A stretch of DNA of 64,000 nucleotides from Octopus sinensis (Eukaryota): assembly GCF_006345805.1 (NCBI RefSeq), contig NC_043005.1, positions 6,200,001 to 6,264,000 of the forward strand, written 5' to 3'. Shown piece by piece: positions 1 to 11,763 of the stretch (position 1 is its first letter; the number at the start of each line of letters is the position of its first letter). A program made the position numbers and the translations under genes. The notes under the pieces were generated by a model. It saw nothing but the letters and a program-made list of their open reading frames with translations. It was not told where the DNA came from and did not search any database.

Positions 1-882
1 TTCTGCCTGCTTACCGCCTTAATAATAATAATAATAATAGTAGTAGTAGTAGCGGTTTCAAATTTTGGCACAATGCCAGCAATTTCTGGGGAGGGCATAA
101 GTCAATTACACTGAGCCCAGTGTTTCACTGGTATTTATTAATCTATTGACCCAGAAGGATGAAAGGTAAAGTTGACCTCAGTGGAATTTGAACTCAGAAC
201 ATAAAGACAGAGGAAATGCTGTTAAGCACTTTGCCCAGCATGCTAATGATTTTGCTCACGACCCCTTGATAATGATAATAATAATAATAATAATAATAAT
301 GATAATAATAATGATAATAATAATAATATAATAATATAATAATAATAATAATAATAATAATGATGATAATAATAATATAATAATAATAATGATAATGATC
401 TCAAATTTTTGCCACAAGGCAACTTGGGGGAGGGGATTAAGTCGATTACATTGACCCCAGTGTGTAACTGGTACTTATTTTATAGACCTCGAAATAGTGA
501 AAGGCAAAGTCAACCTCAGCGGAATTGAACTCAGAACATAGTGGCAGATGTAATAAACACTAAGCATTTCGCCTGGCATGATAATGATTCTGCCTGCTTA
601 CCGCCTTAATAATAATAATAATAATAGTAGTAGTAGTAGCGGTTTCAAATTTTGGCACAATGCCAGCAATTTCTGGGGAGGGCATAAGTCAATTACACTG
701 AGCCCAGTGTTTCACTGGTATTTATTAATTTATTGACCCAGAAGGATGAAAGGTAAAGTTGACCTCAGTGGAGTTTGAACTCAGAACATAGAGACAGAGG
801 AAATGCTGTTAAGCACTTTGCCCAGCATGCTAATGATTTTGCTCATGACCCCTTGATAATAATAATGATAATAATAATAATA

Positions 883-915
<33 letters not shown>

Positions 916-1438
916 TGATAATAATAATTATAATGATAATAATAATAATAATAGTAATAATAATAATAATAATAATTATTATTATTATAATGGTTTCAAA
1001 TTTTGGTACAAGGCCAGCAATTTTGGGGAGGATGTTAAGTCAATTACATTGACCCCAGTGTTAAACTGGTACTTATTTTATTGACCCCAAAGGATGAAAG
1101 GCAAAGTCAACCTCGGCAGAATTTGAATTCAGAATGTAAAGACAGAGACGAAATACCTCTAAACATTTCGCCCCGTGTGCTAACAATTCGGCTAGCTTAT
1201 CACAGTAATAATAATGATGATAATGATAATAATAAGACATAAGGCCTGGAATTTGGAGGAGGTGGGGGTCGTCAACTACATCAACCCCTGTACGCAACTG
1301 GTACTTAATTTATCAACCTCGCAAGGATGAAAGGCAAAGTCGACCTTGGCAGAATTTGAACTCAGAACGTAGCGGCAGATGAAATACTGCTAAGCATTTC
1401 ACCTGGCATGCTAACGATTCTGCCAGCTCGCTGCCTTT
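1..1438 (-). mobile_element. Cluster of five tRNA-type SINEs (family S2, head gagctggcagaa...gttcaaattc) separated by (AAT)n/(GAT)n tracts
   Basis: Copies at about 52-266, 395-606, 641-853, 992-1200 and 1236-1438 share ggtttcaaattttggcacaaggccagc...gaccccagtg...gaaaggcaaagtcgacc...gaatttgaactcagaac. Confidence 0.85.
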
Positions 1439-1452
1439 TAATAATAATCATG

Positions 1453-1495
<43 letters not shown>

Positions 1496-1897
1496 TAATA
1501 ATAATCACCAACATGCATGAAAACCTAATTTTATTTGTTACTTCTGAGAGTATCTTTTTGTTATTTTTCCTTAGCTGCACCCCCATCCCCTGCCTATACC
1601 CAGGAATAACAAAAAAAAACAAACTAAAAACTTAAAGAAAACAACCCAGATATGTAGAATTCACTTAAATAACAAGTGCAGAAGAATTTAGTCTGCGACA
1701 AATGATGTTGGAACCAGATGGAATAGAAAGATTGGAAGAAGAACAGCAAAAATTCAAGTTACACTAATACAATGGAAAAGAGATTCTGACAAACTACAGC
1801 ACATAGAACCATCACATTTATTATCTGTGCCATCGTCAATATTATTTTTATTATCATTAATACTATTATTATTGTTGCTGTTGTTGTTATTATAATT

Positions 1898-2315
1898 AAG
1901 GTTGTGAGCAGGCAGGATTGTTAGCACAGCAGGTAAAATGCCTAGTGGTATTTCGTCCGTCTTTACGTTCTGAGTTCAAATTCTTTCGGGGTCGATAAAT
2001 TAAATACCAGTAAAACACTGGGGTCAATGTAAATCACTAGTCCCCCTCCCCCAAAGTTTCAGGCCTTGTGCCTTTACTAGAAAGGATTGTTGTTGTTGTT
2101 GTTAAAGGTGGAAAGCTGGCAGAATCATTAGCATGCCAAGCAAAATGCTTAGCAGCATATTGTTGGTCTTTACATTATGGGTTCAAATTCTGCTGGGGTC
2201 ATCCTTGCCGTTCATTCTTTTGGGGGTCAATAAATTAAGTACCCAGTTGAACACTAGGGATGATATAATCAACTAGTTCCCTTTCTCAAAATTTCAGGCC
2301 TTGTGCCTTTGGTAG
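1898..2315 (+). mobile_element. Two S2 SINEs in tandem, opposite in orientation to the 1-1438 cluster
   Basis: Both carry gagc(a/t)ggcag(g/a)at..ttagca...gttcaaatt...ggggtc.ataaatt...ggccttgtgcct. Confidence 0.85.
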
Positions 2316-2344
2316 AAAAGATTTTCATCATCATCATTATTATC

Positions 2345-2760
2345 AAGGTGCTAGTACCCCCAGATTGGCTCCTGTGGCGGTGGCATGTATAAATCACCAT
2401 CTGAACATGGTTGATGCCCGGTCCACCTGACTGGCTCCCATGCTGGTGGCCTGTAAAAAGCACCAACCGATCATGGCCAATGCCAGTACCCCCAACTGGC
2501 TCTTGTGCCAGTGGCATGTAAAAAGCACCATCAAAACATGATTGATGCCAGGCCTGCCTGACTGGCTCCTGTGCCAGTGGAACATAAAAAGTACCCACTA
2601 CACTCTTGGAGTGTTGGCATTAGGAAGGGCATCAAGCTGTAGGAACATTGCCAGATCAGATTGGAGCTTGGTTCAGCCACTGGCTTTCCAGACCTTAGTC
2701 AAACCGTCCAACCCATGCCAGCATGGAAGATGGACATTAAACAATGATGATGATGATGAT
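2345..2760 (+). mobile_element. RTE-type LINE 3' end (family S3) with internal ~50-bp subrepeats and (GAT)n tail
   Basis: Repeated tgccagt.cc.cctgactggctc.tgtg units, then aggaagggcatc...acccatgccagcatgga...ttaaa and (gat)n. The same tail follows the RT fragment at 10457-11365. Confidence 0.75.
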
Positions 2761-2966
2761 GTAGTGAGTTGGAAGAATCATTCGTATCAGGCAAAATACT
2801 TGGCAGCTTTTTTTCTGACCCTTTATGTTCTGAGTTCAGATTCTGCTGAGGTCAGTTTGAAATAAGGACCAGTTGAGTACTGAGGGAAAGGGGATGTATC
2901 TCCCTCCCCTTAAATTTCTGGCTTCTGCACCAACAGTAAAAAGAATTATTATTATTATTATCATTA

Positions 2967-3388
2967 GGCACAGGAGTGGCTGTGTGGTAAGTAGCTTGCT
3001 TACCAACTACATGGTTCCGGGTTCAGTCCCACTGCGTGACACCTTAGGTAAGTGTCTTCTACCATAGCCTTGGACTGACCAAAGCCTTGTGAGGGGATTT
3101 GGTAGACAGAAACTGAAAGAAGCCCATCACATATATGTATGTGTGTGTTTGTGTGTGTGTGTATGTGTGCGTGTGGTGTGTATGTGTTAGTGTGTCTGTG
3201 TTTGTCTCCCCACCACCACTTGACAACCAATGCTGGTGTGTTTATGTCCCCATAACTTAGCGGTTCAGCAAAAGAGGCTGATAGAATAAATACTAGGCTT
3301 ACAAAGAATAAGTCCTGGGGGTCGATTTGCTCGACTAAAGGCAGTGCTCCAGCATGGCTGCAGTCAAATGACTGAAACAAGTAAATAA
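2967..3388 (+). mobile_element. Full-length tRNA-derived SINE (family S1)
   Basis: Head ggcacaggagtggctgtgtggtaag (A-box-like) and ggttcagtcc (B-box-like), central (TG)n, end gactgaaacaagtaaa. Many near-copies occur in the window. Confidence 0.9.
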
Positions 3389-3867
3389 AAAAATATCACA
3401 TCATCATCATTCTTCTTATTAATATCATTCTCGTTATTGTTGTTGTAACCATTTTCCTAATTCTCTGATTATATTTGAGACATTATTGTTTCAGCATGAA
3501 CACAAAACAAAGTAAATAGTGTGGAGAAAGAAGCTTTGCTTAGAAAAACATTAGCACTGACAAGAAATTAGGTTAGAAATATATTTCAAAGCCTTCCCTG
3601 CCAGCATCCACAGAACAGACAGGTCTCTTTACTTTCTTTCCTTAACTGAATTAGCCAAACATAAACACCCACACACCTCCCCTCCCCCCTCCACCATGTT
3701 TGGCAAAAGGTGATTAGATAAGAAACCCAGATTTTGGAGTCTGCAGGGTGTGGTTTTATATCGTTTCATAAGAATTACATCAACATTATGTCCTGAAGCC
3801 ATCACACAAGTTGAAAAACAACGACCAGTCAGTGATAAAGAGAAAAAAATTGACCTTCAAAACCTGA

Positions 3868-4243
3868 TATGAAAACCAAAGATGGTTTACGGCATGAAAG
3901 AAATCACTTCAAATGGGCTAAAATAATAATGCTTTATCTCTACGAAGGACAGAAGCAGAAGGTTTACGTAAAATTAATTTTAAAGATATCATTGAACACT
4001 TTGCAATAAAAAAAAAAACGAAGGGGAAAACTTTTCATATATAAATAAGATGGAAGCAAACAAAAATAAATATCATTTTCTATCTTTCTGTGAATTTTTT
4101 GTTTCATTTTGAAAACTGAAAATTTATTTCATGGTTTATTATTTTGAATTATTTCTATTTACATTTTGAACCATTTACATATATTTGAGGGCCCCGAAAC
4201 CGTTTAAGTGCTTAGGGCCTCTATGGATCTTAATGCAGCCCTG
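3868..4243 (+). mobile_element. Non-autonomous hAT transposon derivative, right part
   Basis: Residual frame ALSLRRTEAEGLRKINFKDIIEHFAIKKK resembles the hAT C-terminal dimerisation domain. It ends in a terminal repeat ttaatgcagccctg. Confidence 0.7.
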
Positions 4244-4452
4244 GTGGAGTATATTAAGCAGGTGGTAACTCAAGAAAAACGTGATGTATTCAATGGATTC
4301 TTTTGGCAGCCATCTTAGCAGGCAAGCAAACTGCACAGGTGTAGAAAATGGTGTCACATAAACTACAACACATATTGGTATGTATATATTCCACTAGATT
4401 AAGGAGTAAATATATACCTCAACACACACAAATATACACTAAACCACCAAAG

Positions 4453-4869
4453 TAAGACCCATAGAGGCCCTAAGCACTTGAAAGGTTTTGGTGCCCTCAA
4501 GTATATGTAAATGGTTCTAAATGTAAATAAAAATGATTCAAAATGTAAACGATGATAAACCATAAAATAAATTTTTTAGTTTTCAAAATGTAACAGAATT
4601 CCCAGTAAGATGGAAAATAATGTTTCTTTTGGTTTGCTTCCATTTTATTTATATTTGAAAAGTTTTCTTGCAAAGTGTTCGATGATATCCTTAAAATTAA
4701 TTTCACGCAAAACTTCTGCTTCCATACTTGGTAGAGATAAGGCATTATTATTTTAGCAAGTTTGAAGTGATTTCTTTTGTGCCGTAAACCATTTTCATTT
4801 CTGTGGTGCCCCTGTCCCTTGATGCCCTAAGCACATGCTTATTCTGTTTAATGGGTTAATCCAGCACTG
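4453..4869 (-). mobile_element. Second copy of the same hAT derivative, inverted
   Basis: Reverse complement of 3868-4243 (frame ALSLPSMEAEVLREINFKDIIEHFARK) with the other terminus cagtgctggattaa at 4869. Confidence 0.7.
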
Positions 4870-5916
4870 TACACCACTATACATAAAGTAAAGTACTGGT
4901 CAGGCACTGGGGGTCTATGTAGTTGCCTTACCACCACCTCTTAAAATCGCTGGCCTTATGCCAAAATTAAAAATAATTACTATTAAGAAAGGAGAAAAAA
5001 ATGTATACAGTGCTTAGGTGTACAACAATTGTTCGAATAAAACCAGGTGTTCGTTAAAAGAGAGGAACTGATGCTGAGGAATAAATTGCATACTGACAAG
5101 GTGTTTTAGTGTCTTTGTGTTGATGGCATTTAGTCATTTGATGTACTTAGGTTGACTTGCACAACATGGTTATGTTGATTCAGTCAATAATAATAAGGGT
5201 TTGGCACAACCAGCAGTTTTTGAGGGGAGGGGGAAGGTGATTATATTGATCTCAGTATTTGATTGGTCGTTATTTTATTGACTACAAAAGGATGAAATTG
5301 ACCTTGGTGGAATTTGAACTCAAAACATTAAGAAAGGTGAAATGCACTGATTTAGTCCCAAGAAATGAGGGAAGAGAAATAGTCTACACCCTTGACCCCA
5401 ATACATGACTGGTATTTTATTTTATTGAACCCCTCCCTCCGAATGATGAATGTTTAAGGTTGGCCAAGGTGGAATTTGAACTCAGAACACACTGCTTCAA
5501 CATTTCTACCGATCTACCAACTAAAAGTAATTTGGACTAAAGCTGTAATGAGTAATGATGAAAGAGTACCAAAAGTAATGAAGGAGCCTCTACATAGTCA
5601 TTCAACTTGCTAGTAATAGCAACCAAATCTCTCTCAAACATATAATAATCTACCATCTTTAAAAATGGAAGAATACATGTGGTAAAGCATTTTAAGTACA
5701 TTGTGTCTAACAAAACCACAGGATGGTCACCGCTGGAACGTCTTTGCTCAACCAAGGTCACTGGGCATGAAAAGAGGAAACTGTGACTTTGTTTTTGATC
5801 TTTTTTCCCCCTTTTTTTTCACTAATTGGTTAGGGAATGAAACTACATTTGACCAGAGCAGAGTTAAACAACCACCAAGACATCTAAAAGAGGAATAAAA
5901 GTCTGTTGGTTCTTAC

Positions 5917-5965
5917 CTTGCCAAAAGTAACTTCCAGGTGAACCAATTAATAATTTTACACCATT
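5917..5965 (-). CDS. Integrin alpha chain, internal exon D (49 bp, phase 0 to 1): NGVKLLIGSPGSYFWQ(G)
   Basis: Acceptor ttttccccaccttttcag and donor AAG|gtaaga. LLIGSPGSYFWQG is the FG-GAP repeat 3 motif of RGD-binding/PS2-type alpha chains (cf. LLGGPGSFYWQG). Confidence 0.96.
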
Positions 5966-6011
5966 CTGAAAAGGTGGGGAAAAATAAAATAAACATTAAA
6001 AAATTAGAACA

Positions 6012-6013
6012 TG

Positions 6014-6068
<55 letters not shown>

Positions 6069-6090
6069 TGATAATAATAATAATAATAAT
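6012..6090. repeat. (AAT)n microsatellite just upstream of the exon D acceptor
   Basis: Direct reading. Confidence 0.95.
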
Positions 6091-6202
6091 TCTGTTGTGT
6101 TTGGGGAGAGTCATTTTGTTTTTGTGCCTTAACAGAATATGCTTCAACACACGAACTCATATAAATAATATTGCAAACCAAATCCAAAAACGAAAAATAA
6201 TA

Positions 6203-6234
<32 letters not shown>

Positions 6235-6280
6235 AACAACAACAATGAAAGGTAAAATACTTCATTGACATGGCCTGGCT

Positions 6281-6665
6281 CTAGGTGCAGGCATGGCTAT
6301 GTGGTTAAGAAGTTTGTTTTGAAACCATGTGGTTTTGATTTCAGTCCCATTGTGTAGTACCTTGGGTTAGTGTCTTCAACTATAGCCCTGGCCTGACCAA
6401 TAATACCTTGTGGGTGAATTTAGTAGGCAGAAACTGTGTGTGTGTGTGTGTGTGTGTGCCTCTTTGTTTGTCTTCCCACTGCAGCTGTCAGGTTGTAGTG
6501 GTTTGTTTACATTTTCTATAACTTAGCAGTTTGGCAAAAGACACCAACAGAATGAGTGCCAGACTTAAAAAATTAGTAGTGGGGTTGATTTCTGCAACTA
6601 AACCCTTCAAAGTGGTGCTCCAGCATGGCTGCAGTTTAGCGACTGCAACAAGCGAAAGATAAAAG
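6281..6665 (+). mobile_element. Diverged S1 SINE
   Basis: gcaggcatggctatgtggttaag head, (TG)n, ggtgctccagcatggctgcag...gaaagataaaag end. Confidence 0.8.
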
Positions 6666-7443
6666 ATACTTCAAGGGAGAAAATGAATATTGATTATATG
6701 GTTAAACCATGACACAACCGATATGCTTGTAGGTTCAATCTCAGGAAAGGGCAGAGTGGGCAAGTATCTTCTGTCGTAGTCTTGGGTTTGCCTAAACTTC
6801 AAAAGTGAAAATAGATTGATGGGAATTATGAGGAAATTGATCCTTAAATTGACTGGAATTGTCCCTGAGACTCAGATATAACCTATCGATCAGTTTAACA
6901 CCATCACCTGGTTCTTTGATACCTTTAGCATGTTTCAAACATGTCTACTAAATCTGAGGAAAATTTCATATTTGGGAGTAAATGAAGACCCATCCTCCAC
7001 GGCAGAAGTGTTAAGGCTCCCCCACCCCCACTGGCAAAGAGGGTTGACTTGCAAGAGTCCTTTACCAATGTCATGTGGAAAGCACTCAAGCTAGCACCAT
7101 CCAAAAGCACTTGGGCTGGTGCCATGTTAAAAGCACCTGGCACACACTGTAAAGTGGTTGGCATTAGGAAGGGCATCTGGCTGTAGAAACCAAGCCAAAA
7201 TCTAGCTGTAGAAACCTGGTGCAACTCCCTGGCTTGTCAGCTCTGGCTGAACTGTTCAACCCATGCCAGCATGGAAAACAGATGTTAAAGGATGATAATG
7301 ATGGTGAGCCAAGTGTACATATGTACATATGTGTGTGTAAATGGATGTAGCCAGATATGTGTATATGTAAATGATTGTAGTTATGTTTGTACATGTATGT
7401 CTAAAGTATGCAGCTACGTATGTATATGTAAATGTGTGTTATC

Positions 7444-7490
<47 letters not shown>

Positions 7491-7492
<2 letters not shown>

Positions 7493-7903
7493 CGCAGGAG
7501 TGGCTGTGTGGTAAGTAGCTTGCTTGCCAACCACATGGTTCCGGGTTCAGTCCCACTGCGTGGCATCTTGGGCAAGTGTCTTTTACTATAGCCTCGGGCC
7601 GACCAAAGCCTTGTGAGTGGATTTGGTTGACAGAAACTGAAAGAAGCCCGTCGTATATATGTATATATATATGTGTGTATGTGTATGTTTGTGTGTCTGT
7701 GTTTGTCACCCCTAGCATTGCTTAACAACCGATGCTGGTGTGTTTATATCGCCGTCACTTAGCGGTTCGGCAAAAGAGACCGATAGAATAAGTACTGGGC
7801 TTACAAAGAATAAGTCCCAGGGTCGATTTGCTCGACTAAAGGCGGTGCCCCAGCATGGCCGCAGTCAAATGACTGAAACAAGTAAAAGTAAAAGTAAAGT
7901 AAG
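7491..7903 (+). mobile_element. Young full-length S1 SINE inserted next to a (TA)n tract
   Basis: Close to copies at 2967, 37615 and 53936, with CpGs retained. Confidence 0.9.
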
Positions 7904-9431
7904 TATATACATATATGTATGTATGTCTAAATATTGTTTTGTTTTTTCTTCTCTGCTGCCCACAACCTGTCCTAGGGTGGGGAATAGACTAGTAAGACTG
8001 TTAGTAAGTTGGACCTTGCAGTGGTTGAATAAATACTGCAGGAACTGGAGAAAACGTTGCTCAAATGCTGCAAGAGTCCAACAGTATTTGCTCTTTGCAT
8101 TTTGAGTCCATGGGTAGCAGATTGAATTCATTGCCTAGTTCAATCACACCACGACCACCACCACTCGGTCCTCGGGTAGCTTTAGCAGGAGTCCACTCTG
8201 TTGTAAGCATAGTGACTAGGTGTCAAGATAACTTGATATATCTCAGTGTACCATTTCCGATTTTCTGCCATCCACTGCCAGACTGGCAGTGGATGGTGCG
8301 GTGGTGAAATCATTGGAGTGAAGAACCTTGTAGTGGGGGTAATGAATGCTGCAAATAAATGTTGGGGGCGGTGTCTATTGAACACAGCAAAGTGTTTCAG
8401 AATAATTCATTGTCAGTGTCTTAGAATTTGGAAACATTAACTCATTAATGGTGGGGTGAGGGTGAGGGAAGAGGGGATTCCAGGTTAGGGAGTTTATCTC
8501 TTGTGGCAGCTGTAATAAGTGGAGCAAACATGTGCATTCTTAACCCTTATCAACTAAAGAAGAGCCACTTTGCCAAGAGAAAAAGGATGGGGAAGAGGGG
8601 TTATTGGTATGGAGTAATCAGATTAGATGGGAAGAGGGAGAGAGGGACCCTAAATTCTTAGTACTAAAGAAATTCGCCATAAGGTTTCAATAACAGAAAA
8701 CAAAAAAAGACGGAAAAGAAAAATATATTAAAAAAACCCTAAACAATAGAAATTAAAAGCAGGAAATGATGGGCATTCATTTAATTGCACAATTCAGATA
8801 ATAATAATAAAAAAAAAGATATAATGAAATAAATAAAACAATATATAAATAAAAATACAATACAATAAACCATGGCAACAATTACAATAACAAGTTTTGA
8901 GTGAAGGAAAATGAAGAGTAAAGAGAAGATAAGAGTTAATAAAAAAGATAGAGATCTGTCTTATAGTGTTTTATACTGAGACATGGCGGCGGGGGGGGGT
9001 CTTTGCTGGCACGAAAAGGATATTGGTTTCTTTATAGAAACAATAAGATTTCAGCATTTTAAGGAAGGCGGAAATGAAACTTATGTGAAGTTCTTAGATT
9101 TCTTCAAAACTATTTGAAATTGCAGTGGTTAAAAACTTCTTGCAATGAAAAGAAAAAAAAAAAGAGAGAGAAATGAGAAAAAAAAAAAAAACTGGGCTAA
9201 ATTTGGAGTTAGGTACTTGGCATCATCATTATCATCTTCATTATTCAACGTTCAATTTTTCATGTTGGCATGGGTTAGACAGAATTTGTTGAGGCAGATT
9301 CTCCACAGCTGGATACCCCATTCCTATCACCAATCCTCACCTGTTTCCAACTAAGGTAATATTTCCCCGTAGCCAGACATTTTGCACAGGAGACTTGAAA
9401 TGAACAACATCATTTGTATGACAAGGATGCT

Positions 9432-9767
9432 TGGCTCTAAAAGGGGTCTCAGGGAGTAGTATCCCTGCCTTCCTGAGCTAGTTTTCCACCACATTTCTTA
9501 AAAATCATGTTGGAGTCCTTGGTCTTGGGGCCACTCATGTCTAGAAACTGAGGTTGAGGGTAAGCAAGGGTATACTCCTCGTAGAAAATCCAGCTCCAAA
9601 AAAGCCTCATCATAGCAAAGGAGAATGGGCACCAGCCAGCTCAAAGGTTGGGGCGGGCTGCACCTGCCTACCCTGGTTGCTATGGCACTGAGATAGATCC
9701 AGTCACCCTCATTAATGGGGACACAACCTAGATTTAAAACACTGGATGATGATGATGATGATGATGG
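9432..9767 (+). mobile_element. Probable retroposon remnant with (GAT)n tail
   Basis: GC-richer block ending ...ttaaaacactg(gat)n. Only one copy in the window, so the family is not established. Confidence 0.4.
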
Positions 9768-10456
9768 CAAGAACTCAAGACAAGGCCACAAACAAATACC
9801 CATTTGTCTGCAAATTGCTGAAAAGAGCACATTGCTTTGGGCGTCCATTCTCATACAGAGTGAAATGACAGAATGATCCAACAAACATGGGTGTAACAAT
9901 GTGTCAAAGCAATTGTAATGATATAAAATAAAGACTGTTGTTTCAATCCATCTTCTCCCATTTATCTCATTATATAAACTGTACAGATATTGTGCAATTC
10001 CAGAATTATATCCGTCAGCAAAACTATTCCAACTCTATGATAACAGCCTGCAGCCAATGACAGTGAGTGAGTTTTACTATACCTAATATAAGGTTTTTAC
10101 CCAGATTTTATTCAACACATGTGTTATATATAAGGTGGTGAGCTGGCAGAAACGTTAGCACACCGGGCGAAATGCTGAGTGGTATTTCGTCTGTCTTTAT
10201 GTCTTTATGTATTTCGTCTGTCAAATTTGGCTGAGGTCAATTTTGCCTTTCATCCTTTCAGGGTCAATGAATTGAATACCAGTTTCATACTAAAGTCAAT
10301 CTAATCGACTGGCCCCCACTCCCCCACAATTTTGGGCCTTGTGCCTAGAGTAGAAAAGAACATATGTGCTATATATATGACAGGCTTCCTTCAGTTTCTG
10401 TTAGCCAAATCCATTCACAAGGATTTGGTTGGTCTGAGTGCTATAATAGAAGACGC

Positions 10457-11365
10457 CTTAGAGTCAACCTAGCAAAAACCAAAGTCTTAATAAGTAGGAA
10501 GGCAGACAAATCGTAAATCCTGCTCGATCTGTAGAAAAGGCGTAGGTAGAAATGCCATAAGATGTACCTGGTGTAAGCTATGGACACATAAGTGGTGCAG
10601 CAATATCAAAGGAAGGATAACTAGGAAAATAGTTTTTGTATGTAGCAAATGCTCAGGAGCAATAAACACTGAAAAGGTGCAGAGAACAGATTCTGTCACA
10701 TTCCAGGGAGAAAAACTTCAAGTAGTTGATAGCTTCCGTTACCAAGGTGATCAAGGTGGATGCTCTGAGAGTGACCAAGACCTTCGGAAATATGCTGTGC
10801 TTGAGAAGACCTGGCAAGCCAAGTGAGACTGTAATCATGGCCTATACCAGTGCAGCATAACCAGCCCATTTAAGAGTACCCTTCAATCATTAGGCAATAA
10901 ACTGCACTTGCAAAGACCTCTTGAGGCAAGTGAAGTCATTGTCATGGCCGATGCCAGTACCACCTGATTGGTAACTGTGCTGGTGGCATGTAAAAAGCAT
11001 CCTTTGAACATGGTTGATGCCAGTGCCGCCTGATTGGTCCCATGCCAGTGGCACATAGAAAGCACCATTCCAGTGTGGTTGATGCCAGTGCTGGCTAATT
11101 GGTCCCATGTCAGTGGTATGTAAAAAGCATCATTCAAGCGTGGTCAAAGCCAGTACCGCCCGACTGGCCCTTGTGCTGGTGGAACATAAAAAGCACCCAC
11201 TACGCTCTCGGAGTGGTTGGTGTTAGGAAGGGCATCCAGCTGTAGAAACTATGCCAAATCAAGATTGGAGCCTGGTGCAGCCATTTGGTTTGACAGCCCT
11301 CAGTCAAAATCGTCCAACCCATGCCAGCATGGAGAGCAGATGTTAAATGATGATGGTGATGATGA
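10457..11365 (+). mobile_element. Internally deleted RTE-clade LINE 3' portion: reverse-transcriptase fragment, Cys/His finger, 3' subrepeats and tail
   Basis: Frames LRVNLAKTKVLISRK and CSICRKGVGRNAIRCTWCKLWTHKWCSNIKG...FVCSKC...GEKLQVVDSFRYQGDQ (KTK and FRYLG-like RT motifs), followed by S3-type subrepeats and (gat)n. Confidence 0.85.
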
Positions 11366-11374
11366 TTATTAAGC

Positions 11375-11763
11375 TGGTGTTAGGGACATAAATTAACATG
11401 GAATAATGATGGGAAGGTTTTAATTTCTTTAAAACAGGATGTTTGTATCGTTTCATGATACAGGCAGATTGGTGTCAAAAGGGTTTAAAAAATGAAAAGA
11501 TACATTAGAAAATACTACAAATTTCCTGTTTTAAAGGGATCTAAATCAAAATTTCATGCTAATTTATATTCCAAACTCTATCTTTCTGGTGAAATAAACT
11601 GCCAATGCTTCAATTAATTTTAACGATAATGAAGAATTTAGTAAAATAACTTTCTCATTTTTAATCTGGTGTTTGCAACATAAATTGAAATGAAATTTTG
11701 ATGAAAAGTTTTAAGACAGGAAGTTTGAATCATAGAACTATGGTTAACGTCAGGCAGGGTTAA
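11375..11763. mobile_element. MITE fragments with piggyBac-like ...GGGTT(T)AA ends
   Basis: Ends caaaagggtttaa (~11487) and caggcagggttaa (~11763). Inverted relatives occur at 60705-61310. Confidence 0.5.

Noticed and set aside
1665-1767. Short plus-strand frame ITSAEEFSLRQMMLEPDGIERLEEEQQKFKLH*
   Set aside because: Bounded by stops, no convincing splice sites, no recognised homology.
2967-3045. tRNA genes at SINE heads
   Set aside because: A/B boxes are present but they continue into SINE bodies with no complete cloverleaf, so they are counted as SINEs.
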